Below, piece after piece: positions 16,551-25,079 of a stretch of 64,000 nt of DNA (positions within the stretch are counted from its first letter, which is position 1; the number at the start of each line of letters is the position of its first letter). Position numbers and translations under genes: made by a program. The notes below the pieces were generated by a model. It was given only the letters and a program-made list of their open reading frames with translations, searched no databases and had not been told where the DNA came from. This DNA comes from an uncultured Pseudomonadales bacterium (GTDB lineage: Bacteria; Patescibacteriota; Microgenomatia; UBA1400; Chazhemtobacteraceae), in NCBI GenBank assembly GCA_964618725.1, contig CAZUBK010000001.1, forward strand, positions 68,878-132,877, given 5' to 3'.

Positions 16551-16671
16551 GGTTTGGCCCGATGCTGTCGGTCCAGCCTGAAGCTGGACAAAAAAATCGC
16601 GCGCAAAGCCGAGCACGGCTCGGAGTGAGCCCCGCTAAGCGGGACGAACGGAAAATACAAAAGTGGCCGCC
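16551..16671. repeat. 121-bp hairpin-rich direct repeat, copy 2
   Basis: Matches 14583-14703; ends 10 nt from the metK stop. Confidence 0.9.
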
Positions 16672-16681
16672 CCATGTCTAT

Positions 16682-17788
16682 TTAGGCTAGTTGTTCCCAC
16701 GGTAGATGGGCAGGTCCGAAATGGCCATAACTTGCGGTTTGACGATAGATGGGTCGGCGAAGGTCAAACTTGGTGATGATACCTCCCACTGATAAGTCGA
16801 GTAAATTCCAAGCAAAATCGTTAATGACTTTGTCTGACTGGTTCGAGGTACCAAAAGTTTCAATTGCCTTACCTACTGGTTGACGATGGCCGATGGCATA
16901 GGCCAATTGAACTTCACAACGGTCGGCAAGTTTCTGGGCCACTATATTCTTGGCGATATAACGCGCGGCATAAGCAGCAGAGCGATCAACCTTAGTCGGA
17001 TCTTTACCGGAAAAGCAACCGCCGCCGATTCGACCCATTCCACCATAGGTATCGACAACAATTTTGCGGCCAGTAACCCCGGTGTCAGAATACGGGCCAC
17101 CGATTTCCCAGGCGCCTGTACCATTGAAAATGACTTGGGATGGCTTAATGGCAGGTAAATGATATTCCTCTAGTAAAGGGGAGACAATGAGTCTGAAAAG
17201 TTGGTCTTTAACTTCCTCTTTCTTAACTTTAGGATCATGAGGTTTGGCAAGGACGACGGTAACGACTTGCTCTGGCTCACCTTTTTGACTGTACGAGACG
17301 GTTACCTGAGACTTGCCGTCAGGACGAAGATAGGTTAGCTCATTTTGGGCTAGTTCATCGAGGCGGCGGACAAGCGCGTGCGAAAGAGAAATAGGGAGAG
17401 GCATGAGCGACTTTGTTTCATTGGTGGCATAACCAAACATCATTCCCTGATCTCCCGCCCCGCCATCATCTACACCAAGGGCGATATCAGGAGACTGTTG
17501 GTGGATATAGACGTTGAAATTTGTTTCAGGACCAAAATTAAAGATTTTCTGAGTATAGCCGAGGTCATTAATGACAGCCTTAGCGATATTGACATATTGG
17601 AGTGGCTTGGGGCAGGTGATCTCACCGGCTAGCACCAATTTATTTGTAGTAACCAGGGTCTCACAGGCGACACGTGATTGAGAATCAACGGTGAGAGCGG
17701 CATCAAGAATGGCGTCGCTTACTTGATCACAGATTTTGTCCGGGTGACCGGCACAGACTGACTCCGATGAAAAGAGGGAGTATTGCAT
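16682..17788 (-). CDS. metK: S-adenosylmethionine synthetase
   Basis: SESV..GHPDKICDQ, GAGDQG, GGGCFSGKD, YGHFG. Confidence 0.97.
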   Translation of the reverse strand: MQYSLFSSESVCAGHPDKICDQVSDAILDAALTVDSQSRVACETLVTTNKLVLAGEITCPKPLQYVNIAKAVINDLGYTQKIFNFGPETNFNVYIHQQSPDIALGVDDGGAGDQGMMFGYATNETKSLMPLPISLSHALVRRLDELAQNELTYLRPDGKSQVTVSYSQKGEPEQVVTVVLAKPHDPKVKKEEVKDQLFRLIVSPLLEEYHLPAIKPSQVIFNGTGAWEIGGPYSDTGVTGRKIVVDTYGGMGRIGGGCFSGKDPTKVDRSAAYAARYIAKNIVAQKLADRCEVQLAYAIGHRQPVGKAIETFGTSNQSDKVINDFAWNLLDLSVGGIITKFDLRRPIYRQTASYGHFGPAHLPWEQLA

Positions 17789-17811
17789 TTTAGTTTTCCT
17801 CTAATTAATAA

Positions 17812-17884
17812 GGCTTGTCATTTTGGCACCGCGTCCTGCATAAGGCTCGGTTGCCGGTCCCGTTGAGGGACTCTCTTGACAGTG
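17812..17884 (-). promoter_or_regulatory. SAM-I-clan riboswitch (compact, SAM-I/IV-like)
   Basis: Minus strand TGTCAAGAG-AGTCCC/GGGAC-CGGCAACC...GGTGCC-AAAA-TGACA directly upstream of metK. Confidence 0.8.
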
Positions 17885-17911
17885 AAACCATAGTAACATA
17901 ATGGGGAGTGA

Positions 17912-18160
17912 TTAAGAGATGCCTAAGTGTTTGTGAATCTTACAACTGACATGCTCAAGATACCAATTGAGGACGACGACCGTCTTTAGATCGAGAGCTG
18001 CTGCGATTTTGGGAATAAGATTTTTACTTGGAAGACGTTTGCCACTTTCGATTAGGGTGATAAAACTACGAGAAGTCTGACAAGAAATGGCGACTTCTTC
18101 GGCGGTTAGGCCCTGTTTTTTTCGTTCGTGTTTTAGTTGTTCTCCAAATGATTTATGCAT
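17912..18160 (-). CDS. XRE-family HTH regulator
   Basis: FGEQLKHERKKQGLTAEEVA..SRSFITLIESGKRLPS; start at ATG 18160. Confidence 0.88.
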   Translation of the reverse strand: MHKSFGEQLKHERKKQGLTAEEVAISCQTSRSFITLIESGKRLPSKNLIPKIAAALDLKTVVVLNWYLEHVSCKIHKHLGIS

Positions 18161-18261
18161 AGCAATAGGGCTTAATAGTATAGGCAAATAAATTTTAAAG
18201 CAACTGTTCATATAGCTGTACCTATTGACAGGTCTTTTAATTCTGATTAACTTGAGAGTAG

Positions 18262-18277
18262 GTTACAGTTCTGTAAC
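18262..18277. promoter_or_regulatory. Palindromic operator GTTACAGTTCTGTAAC
   Basis: Between divergent XRE and kinase genes; recurs at 20527-20542. Confidence 0.65.
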
Positions 18278-18395
18278 TGAGTCTAGCATCTATCTACTTT
18301 ATTAAAAGACTCACAATAAGTAAACAGATTAATTCAGCTTTATGTGGAGAGGATTGAGCGAAGGGACTTAATTAAGAAACTTTAGAAAAAAATCG

Positions 18396-20132
18396 ATGAA
18401 ACTTGCCCCGGTTCCCAAAAATGAGGTTCAACGCTTAACCTCGCTATACAGCCTTGGTCTATTAGATACTCCACCGGAAGAGCGGTTTGATCTAATCACT
18501 AGAACAACTAATAGGATCTTTCATACTCCGATTTCAACCTTGACACTGGTGGATGCGAAACGGGAGTGGTTTAAGTCTTTACAAGGCTTAGCCACTCGTG
18601 AGGGAGATAGGGCAGTGTCTTTTTGCGGCCATTCTCTTTTAGCACCCGATATCTTTGTTGTTCCTGATACAAAGAAGGACGATCGATTTGCTGACAATCC
18701 TTGGGTCACCGGGAAACCCTATGTGCGATTCTATGCGGGAGTGCCGGTTTTGAGTCCCGATAAAGAAAGGATCGGGGTTTTGTGTATTAAGGATACTCGT
18801 CCACGACAGTTCTCAAAAGGCGATCAAGGAATCCTGAAAGGATTGGCTTCTTGGGCTGAATTGGAAATCCATTCTCGTAACTTGAGTTTAGCCCTTCGAG
18901 ATAGTCTGAAAAAAATAACGGGGCGGAGAGGTCAGACAAAGGAGTTCGATCGATTGAGTAAGTTAGAAAAAGAATCAAAAAAGGCATTGGTCAGGGTGAT
19001 GAGAGATATGGAAGTGATTCTTAATGAGGTTGAACAAGATAAAGCCAAAGATGAAGCAGTGATAACAAATATTAGTGAAGGGCTAATCGCTATCGACGAT
19101 CATGGAAAAGTAATGATTGTCAGCAAAGTAGCTGAAGACCTATTGGGGTGGAAACATAACGAGATGATTGGGAAAAAGTTCACCGGACTGAACCTCGAAG
19201 ATGAAGAGAGAAATTTCTTACCACCAGATAGGCGGCCTATTTCGCTAGCTATGACGACTGGTGAAATAATCAGAGGTACATATTTCTTTGTCGGAAAAGA
19301 CAAAACTAGATTTCCAATGGCCTTGACTACAACTCCGATTAGACTCAAGGGAGAAGTTGTAGGATTTATCGTGATGATTCGTGATATATCGAAAGAGACT
19401 GAAGTAATTAATGCCAAGAGTGAGTTTGTATCGTTGGCCTCGCATCAACTGCGAACACCGCTTGGATTAATCAAGTGGTATTTAGAAGCTATGAAACATG
19501 AGGCTTGCTTTGGTCAAGCACCTATGATAACACGAAGATACATAAATGAGGTTTATAAGAATAATGAGCGGGTATTGAGTCTGGTGCGAGATTTATTATC
19601 TGTTTCTCGGATTGATCAAGGGCGCATTAAGAATCAGCCAAAACCGGTAGATGTAACGGTCGTGGTAGGGGATGTGGTAAAACAATTACAGGTATTGACC
19701 CGCAAGAAAAAGGTGGCTTTGAGGTTGGTGATTTTGAGTTCTAAGATTCCGAAAATCAAAATAGATATTTTGCGACTTCGTGAAACGATAGAAAACCTAA
19801 TAGTAAATGCCATTGAGTATTCTAAAGCTCTAAAGTCTGTCACCGTCAGCGTTAAAAGACGGGGCGGTGCAATCTTAATCAGCGTCCGGGATGCGGGAAT
19901 AGGAATTACGAAGGAAGACCAAAAGAAGATCTTTAACAAGTTCTTTAGGTCGGAAAAGGCAGTTCAATTTAATCCTGAGGGGACGGGACTTGGATTGTAT
20001 GTGGTCAAGTCTTACGTAGAAGGGTGGGGAGGTAAAGTATCGGTTGCCAGTACTGAAGGGAAGGGGTCAATTTTCACAATCAGTTTACCGATTAAGAAAA
20101 GGAAGAGACAAAAAGGAGGTGAAGTGAAGTGA
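18396..20132 (+). CDS. Cytoplasmic GAF-PAS sensor histidine kinase
   Basis: GAF (SFCGH, RFYAGVP), PAS, H-box SHQLRTPL, N/G boxes NAIEY, DAGIGI, GTGLGL. Confidence 0.92.
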   Translation: MKLAPVPKNEVQRLTSLYSLGLLDTPPEERFDLITRTTNRIFHTPISTLTLVDAKREWFKSLQGLATREGDRAVSFCGHSLLAPDIFVVPDTKKDDRFADNPWVTGKPYVRFYAGVPVLSPDKERIGVLCIKDTRPRQFSKGDQGILKGLASWAELEIHSRNLSLALRDSLKKITGRRGQTKEFDRLSKLEKESKKALVRVMRDMEVILNEVEQDKAKDEAVITNISEGLIAIDDHGKVMIVSKVAEDLLGWKHNEMIGKKFTGLNLEDEERNFLPPDRRPISLAMTTGEIIRGTYFFVGKDKTRFPMALTTTPIRLKGEVVGFIVMIRDISKETEVINAKSEFVSLASHQLRTPLGLIKWYLEAMKHEACFGQAPMITRRYINEVYKNNERVLSLVRDLLSVSRIDQGRIKNQPKPVDVTVVVGDVVKQLQVLTRKKKVALRLVILSSKIPKIKIDILRLRETIENLIVNAIEYSKALKSVTVSVKRRGGAILISVRDAGIGITKEDQKKIFNKFFRSEKAVQFNPEGTGLGLYVVKSYVEGWGGKVSVASTEGKGSIFTISLPIKKRKRQKGGEVK

Positions 20133-20500
20133 AGAAAATACTAATTGTAGAAGACGAACTAGCGTACTTAAAATTACTTAATTCTCAATTGACAGGGAAG
20201 GGATATAGAGTAATCGAGGCAACTGACGGGGAAAAGGGACTAGCTAAAGCCAGAAGCGAGAAACCCGATTTGATTTTGCTTGATATCAGAATGCCGGTTA
20301 TGGATGGGCTGGCGATGCTAGATCGGCTAAGAAAAGAGGAATGGGGTAAGAAAGTTAAGGTAATAATTCTCACCAATCTTGAACCTGATGACAAGATAAT
20401 CGGGAAAGTCGTCAAGGACAGACCGTTGTACTATTTTGTGAAAAGCGATATTCAGCTTGAGACGTTGTTGAAGAAAGTCAAGGAATTGCTTGCAGACTAA
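20129..20500 (+). CDS. Single-domain response regulator (receiver only)
   Basis: ILIVEDE, DLILLDIRMP, ILTN, K; GTGA overlap with the kinase. Confidence 0.92.
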   Translation: MKKILIVEDELAYLKLLNSQLTGKGYRVIEATDGEKGLAKARSEKPDLILLDIRMPVMDGLAMLDRLRKEEWGKKVKVIILTNLEPDDKIIGKVVKDRPLYYFVKSDIQLETLLKKVKELLAD

Positions 20501-20526
20501 TGAAGAAAATCATACACTTAAGATAT

Positions 20527-20542
20527 GTTACAGTTTTGTAAC
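20527..20542. promoter_or_regulatory. Palindromic operator GTTACAGTTTTGTAAC
   Basis: 15/16 identical to 18262-18277, 12 nt before the ATG of the giant protein. Confidence 0.65.
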
Positions 20543-20554
20543 ATGTCTTAAAGT

Positions 20555-23500
20555 ATGAAGATCCTATCGCCAGTCCAGACGGCCAAATTGCTTGGGGTTT
20601 CTATTGAAGATTTGCACCTATTGGAGGAGCAAGATTTGCTTCATTCCTCAAAGGATCACAAAGGAAGAATAATATACTCGCCTGAGGAAGTGGCCCAAAT
20701 AAAATCTAGGAAGGTACCCTCCATTTCTGAAGAAGCAGAGTTGGTTAATATCCAAGTTCAGAGGGAGACGGCGTATTCGGTTACAACAACGAAGAAGGTG
20801 CTTTTCTTTGTAGGTGGGGTGGTTTCCTCATACATCCTGTTGATCATTGTGTTTACGGTTCTATTCATTATCAATCCTCTACAAACGGCAGGTTGGCTTG
20901 GTTATGTTAGGGGTAATAGTCTTACCAGCAGCCTATCTCAAGCAGAAACACGAGATATGGTACTCGGGGCGAATACGGATGGAGCTATCTCAAGACCGAC
21001 TAGATTAATGCGAACTTTCTTACAACCGGCGTCGAGGGCGTCACTTGGTATCGTCAAGGCGGTTAGTCCTAATGCATATCAGGAGGTAGCCAAAATCACG
21101 ATTCTTGATCCTAATGATGTTTTTGCGGTGGAGAACGAAGTTATTTCACCTCAGATGACGCTTAGGATCTCGGATAACTCAAAGCTAGAGATAACCGATC
21201 CAGTGCAGATACCGAACCTTAACTCCGAGTATCTTCAAGGTCTACAACCGGGTAGTAATCCGGGTGATATTGCGATTGTGGGAGATACACCAAGCCTCAG
21301 TTTGGTACCGGTTACGAATGTCACTGCAACGGGACTAACTAATGCAAATCTTTCTGGCTCAGCTGGAATAACTAATGCTAACTTAGCCAACTCGTCTATT
21401 ACGATTAATACATCAAGTCCTCTCTCAGGTGGAGGGGCGGTAGCTCTTGGTAGTTCTCTTACTTTGACTTGTCCTACCTGCACGAACGGGTCGTCGCTAT
21501 TTACGGCGGACAGTACAGATACTCTGACCAACAAAACAATTGATGTAACTTTAAATACCATTACTGGCCTGACGGCAAGTAACTTAGCAGCCGGAGATTT
21601 CTCAAGCAAAATTACGAGCGGAACTTATTCTATCGATATTACCGGTAGTATTGCTTCGGCGGTCGACTTTACCGGGTCATTGGCTGGAGACGTCAGTGGA
21701 ACACAAAACCTAACGACTGTGACAAAGATTAACGGTACAACATTGGGGTCGACGACGGCTACTTCGGGTAACCTGCTAATAGGGAGTGGTAGCCAGTGGG
21801 TGACACAGACAGTGAGTAATGATGCCACGATTAACAGTTTGGGGGTGCTGACGCTAAAGAATGTTGGTACCTCAGGGACATACGGATCGGGGTCTTTAGT
21901 CCCTGTTTTTACAACTGACGCAAAAGGAAGGATATCGGGGGTCACAAATACAACCATCTCTGGCTTGAGTCCGACTAATTTTAGCTACGCCAATATTTCT
22001 CAGTGGACAAATGATGCAGGATATGTGACATCTCTTTCAGAAGCGGACACCCTGGCGACAGTGACCGGGCGCGGGGCAACGACGAGCAACGCACTCACAC
22101 TATCAAATGTGGCTAATGCGATTACCGCGGGGACATTGACGATTCAGGCTGAAAACTTCACTGATCTAACGGGAAGTGGCTTGTCTAATACGGCAGGGGT
22201 TTTGGGCGTGAATCTAACGACTTCGGGGACGACGGGGTCAACGACGAGCAATTCTGGTCTAGAAGTATCTACATCAGGACTAACCTTACTTAAGGGATGT
22301 ACTGACGAGGAAATTCTGAAGTACACTGATGCGGGTGGCTGGGCGTGTGCCGCTGATGTTAGTGGGGGTACTCCGGCTCTAAGCACTATTGGAGCGGCGG
22401 TTGGAGCCAACTTAATTAATAGTGGAGATAATGCTCAGATCTGGAATTGGGGTCTGACAACGGCAGCAAAAACGGCCTTTACTTTTGGAGAAAATACTGC
22501 AGCGATTAACGGCGCAGGTTCGCAATATATCCTTAGTTTATCGACTCTCTCGGGCTCGACTGCAGCTCCTTTGATTGTATCGGCCAGGGGGAATGCGATT
22601 ATCACCACCTCAGAGACTGGCGGTTTAACTTTTGGAAACACAACGGCCAATACAGCTATCACCTTACAATCTGGGACAGGAACGATCAATATCGGAACCG
22701 ATGCGAATGCCAAAATACTTACTTTGGGGAATAGTACTGGAGCAACGGCGGTAAATATCGATTCGGGGTCGGGCAATATCAACTTCACGGTTAACGGAAC
22801 GGGGTCCAGTGGGAAGGTTCAAATAGGTAATAGCAATACAATTACTCCTGACTTGTTAGTTTTGGATAACGGGACGGCTGACCCAGCAGGAGTCAATGGA
22901 GGGATGTACTACAACACCAGTACAAATAAGTTTCGTTGTTACCAAAATAGTGGCTGGTCTAACTGTATTACTCCCCCGGGCTCGGATCTTCAAACTACAG
23001 CTACCTACGGGACAAATGATAGTTTGGTGAATGTGGGTGTGACACAAGTGACAATTGCGGCTGTTTCTATCACTCCTGCTTCTGTGACTGGAGATATCTA
23101 CGTTCGAGGAAGAGTGGAGATCTTTAGTAGCAATAATACCGACCAAAGTTTAGTTTTGTCTATTGAAGACGATGCAACGTGTACCGGGAATACGGTTGAG
23201 ACCAATACAATTACAATTACGGCTTCGAATGGAACTCAAATAGGGAACTTTGAGCTTGCTGATGTTGTGGTTGACGCCGGTGCCTCTGCCCACTCGTATT
23301 CATTATGTGCCTCAACGGCTACGGGAGATAGCGATCTTCGACTTTATGAGATGTTTGCTACAGTGATTGATACAGGAGCAGACTTGGCAGAGATATACAC
23401 CACTGACGAGGAAAACATCGAGGTGGGAGATGTGGTTTCGCTTGAGAGTGGCTTGCAAGCGGGGATGAAGAAAAGTCAAACCGCCTATGATCAAAGTGTT

Positions 23501-24307
23501 TTGGGGATTGTTTCGACTAGACCTGGATTAATAATTGGCGATGTCGGCAAAGAAGGAGTGAGGGCTTTGCCAGTAGCCATGTCTGGTCGGGTTCCAGTAA
23601 AGGTATCGACGACGAACGGAAGAATTGATGCGGGTGATTATTTGACGACTTCTGAGATACCAGGGGTAGCAATGAAATCAACAAAGGGGGGAGCAATCAT
23701 CGGTATCGCAATGAATTCTTTCGACGGGGAGGGGATTGGTCGGATTTTGGCTTTTGCTAAGAATGGGTCGTCAACGGAAACTGTTGCCAACGTGGAAAAG
23801 ATTGCCACCAGCTCAGCTAGTCTGATTGAAGGCAATATTCTTAATCGGGTGATTCAAATCATTACTGACTTGTTTAAAAATTCAGTTGAGTTCTTGGGTA
23901 GTGTGGTCTTTCACAGTGATATTACTTTCTTAGGTAGACCAACATTTAACAAGGATACGGCGGGATATGCATTGATAAAGGCAGGAAGTCGTGAGGTTAA
24001 TATCAGTTTTGAAAAAGCATATACCAAGAAGCCGGTGATAACAGTCAGCCTTAGTCTGTCAGAAGGTGTCAAACTAGACGATCTACCGTTGTTTGCGGTG
24101 TATGAGAGTAGTTCGCAGGGCTTTAAGATTAGATTATCGAGAGCAACTATTTCGGATCTTCAGTTCTCCTGGATAGCTATCGAGGCGGCGGGAGAGGTGG
24201 TGTTGTCGACTGAGTCAAGTATGCTTATGGAGATGACAGGGAGTTTAGAGGAGGCAACGGATAGTGATGCAACAGTGGCCAGCCAGAGTGCCGAGATTGG
24301 GCTTTGA
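20555..24307 (+). CDS. Giant surface/fibre protein: MerR-like HTH - TM - Thr/Ser/Gly-rich fibre repeats - chaperone/peptidase-G2-like domain
   Basis: N-term TAKLLGVS..LEEQDLL..GRIIYSPEEV; TM ~aa 82-106; motifs VFTTDAKGRIS, DTLATVTGRG, GMYYNTSTNKFRCY, GADLAEIY..GIVST.PG..GRVPVKV. Confidence 0.7.
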   Translation: MKILSPVQTAKLLGVSIEDLHLLEEQDLLHSSKDHKGRIIYSPEEVAQIKSRKVPSISEEAELVNIQVQRETAYSVTTTKKVLFFVGGVVSSYILLIIVFTVLFIINPLQTAGWLGYVRGNSLTSSLSQAETRDMVLGANTDGAISRPTRLMRTFLQPASRASLGIVKAVSPNAYQEVAKITILDPNDVFAVENEVISPQMTLRISDNSKLEITDPVQIPNLNSEYLQGLQPGSNPGDIAIVGDTPSLSLVPVTNVTATGLTNANLSGSAGITNANLANSSITINTSSPLSGGGAVALGSSLTLTCPTCTNGSSLFTADSTDTLTNKTIDVTLNTITGLTASNLAAGDFSSKITSGTYSIDITGSIASAVDFTGSLAGDVSGTQNLTTVTKINGTTLGSTTATSGNLLIGSGSQWVTQTVSNDATINSLGVLTLKNVGTSGTYGSGSLVPVFTTDAKGRISGVTNTTISGLSPTNFSYANISQWTNDAGYVTSLSEADTLATVTGRGATTSNALTLSNVANAITAGTLTIQAENFTDLTGSGLSNTAGVLGVNLTTSGTTGSTTSNSGLEVSTSGLTLLKGCTDEEILKYTDAGGWACAADVSGGTPALSTIGAAVGANLINSGDNAQIWNWGLTTAAKTAFTFGENTAAINGAGSQYILSLSTLSGSTAAPLIVSARGNAIITTSETGGLTFGNTTANTAITLQSGTGTINIGTDANAKILTLGNSTGATAVNIDSGSGNINFTVNGTGSSGKVQIGNSNTITPDLLVLDNGTADPAGVNGGMYYNTSTNKFRCYQNSGWSNCITPPGSDLQTTATYGTNDSLVNVGVTQVTIAAVSITPASVTGDIYVRGRVEIFSSNNTDQSLVLSIEDDATCTGNTVETNTITITASNGTQIGNFELADVVVDAGASAHSYSLCASTATGDSDLRLYEMFATVIDTGADLAEIYTTDEENIEVGDVVSLESGLQAGMKKSQTAYDQSVLGIVSTRPGLIIGDVGKEGVRALPVAMSGRVPVKVSTTNGRIDAGDYLTTSEIPGVAMKSTKGGAIIGIAMNSFDGEGIGRILAFAKNGSSTETVANVEKIATSSASLIEGNILNRVIQIITDLFKNSVEFLGSVVFHSDITFLGRPTFNKDTAGYALIKAGSREVNISFEKAYTKKPVITVSLSLSEGVKLDDLPLFAVYESSSQGFKIRLSRATISDLQFSWIAIEAAGEVVLSTESSMLMEMTGSLEEATDSDATVASQSAEIGL

Positions 24308-24331
24308 GATTAGTAATTTGAAGAAAAATAT

Positions 24332-24736
24332 ATGAAAAAGTTACTCAATGGTAAAGTCCTGGTTTTGCTATTAGTATTGTTACTGTTGACCAGTTCTGTG
24401 GCTAGTGCGGTGTATTTCTATCAGAAATATCAGAAGATCAAGAAGAATCCGGAAACGATATCACAAGAAGAAACAGAATCAGTTACGAAGGCGATTGGTC
24501 GTTTTATGGAGTTACCTGCTGACGAAAAACCAACGTTGGCAACAGTGACAGACCAAGAGAAGCTGAAAGAGCAGGACTTTTTCAAGAAGGCGGTTAATGG
24601 AGATAAGGTCCTCATCTATACAAATGCACACAAGGCAATCTTGTATAGACCGTCTACCAACCGGATCATCGAGTTCGCCCCCTTGACGTTTGGTGGGCAG
24701 GAGCAATCCTCTCCGAGTGCGACCCAGGCAGACTAA
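24332..24736 (+). CDS. Membrane-anchored conserved CPR protein
   Basis: TM then LPADEKPTLATVTD..FFKKAVNGDKVLIY..AILYRP. Confidence 0.65.
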   Translation: MKKLLNGKVLVLLLVLLLLTSSVASAVYFYQKYQKIKKNPETISQEETESVTKAIGRFMELPADEKPTLATVTDQEKLKEQDFFKKAVNGDKVLIYTNAHKAILYRPSTNRIIEFAPLTFGGQEQSSPSATQAD

Positions 24737-24814
24737 ATCACATGGGCCTCCCTTGACTTTTATAGTCGTTGTTGGTATTATGGGATTACTTTAACCTCAT
24801 TGAAGGAGTGTGGA

Positions 24815-25036
24815 ATGATTAATCAGGAAAGGTATGACGAATTGGCCGCCACTCTCTCCGCGGAAGACCAGCTGGTCTTTGAAGAGCTGGTGACGTCTCT
24901 GGAGAAGGCAATTGAAGGCGGTGAAACCGATATCGAGGGTGTACTGGAGAAAAAGGGAATTCCGGTCGGTAGCCCGGTCGCAATCGCCTTTTACCACTAT
25001 GCCCTGGACTTGATTTTGGGCAGCCTGCGGTTGTAA
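24815..25036 (+). CDS. Small acidic hypothetical protein
   Basis: TTGACT..TATTAT promoter, AAGGAG, ATG 24815, downstream hairpin. Confidence 0.55.
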   Translation: MINQERYDELAATLSAEDQLVFEELVTSLEKAIEGGETDIEGVLEKKGIPVGSPVAIAFYHYALDLILGSLRL

Positions 25037-25079
25037 ATTCGTTGGCAGATATGGTCCGCTGGAAATCAGCGGACTTGTT

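Noticed and set aside
14583-16671. CRISPR array
   Set aside because: Only two 121-bp copies 2 kb apart; no repeat-spacer periodicity or cas genes anywhere in the window.
20555-24307. Prophage tail gene
   Set aside because: No other phage genes nearby; the protein has a TM anchor and sits in a two-component locus.
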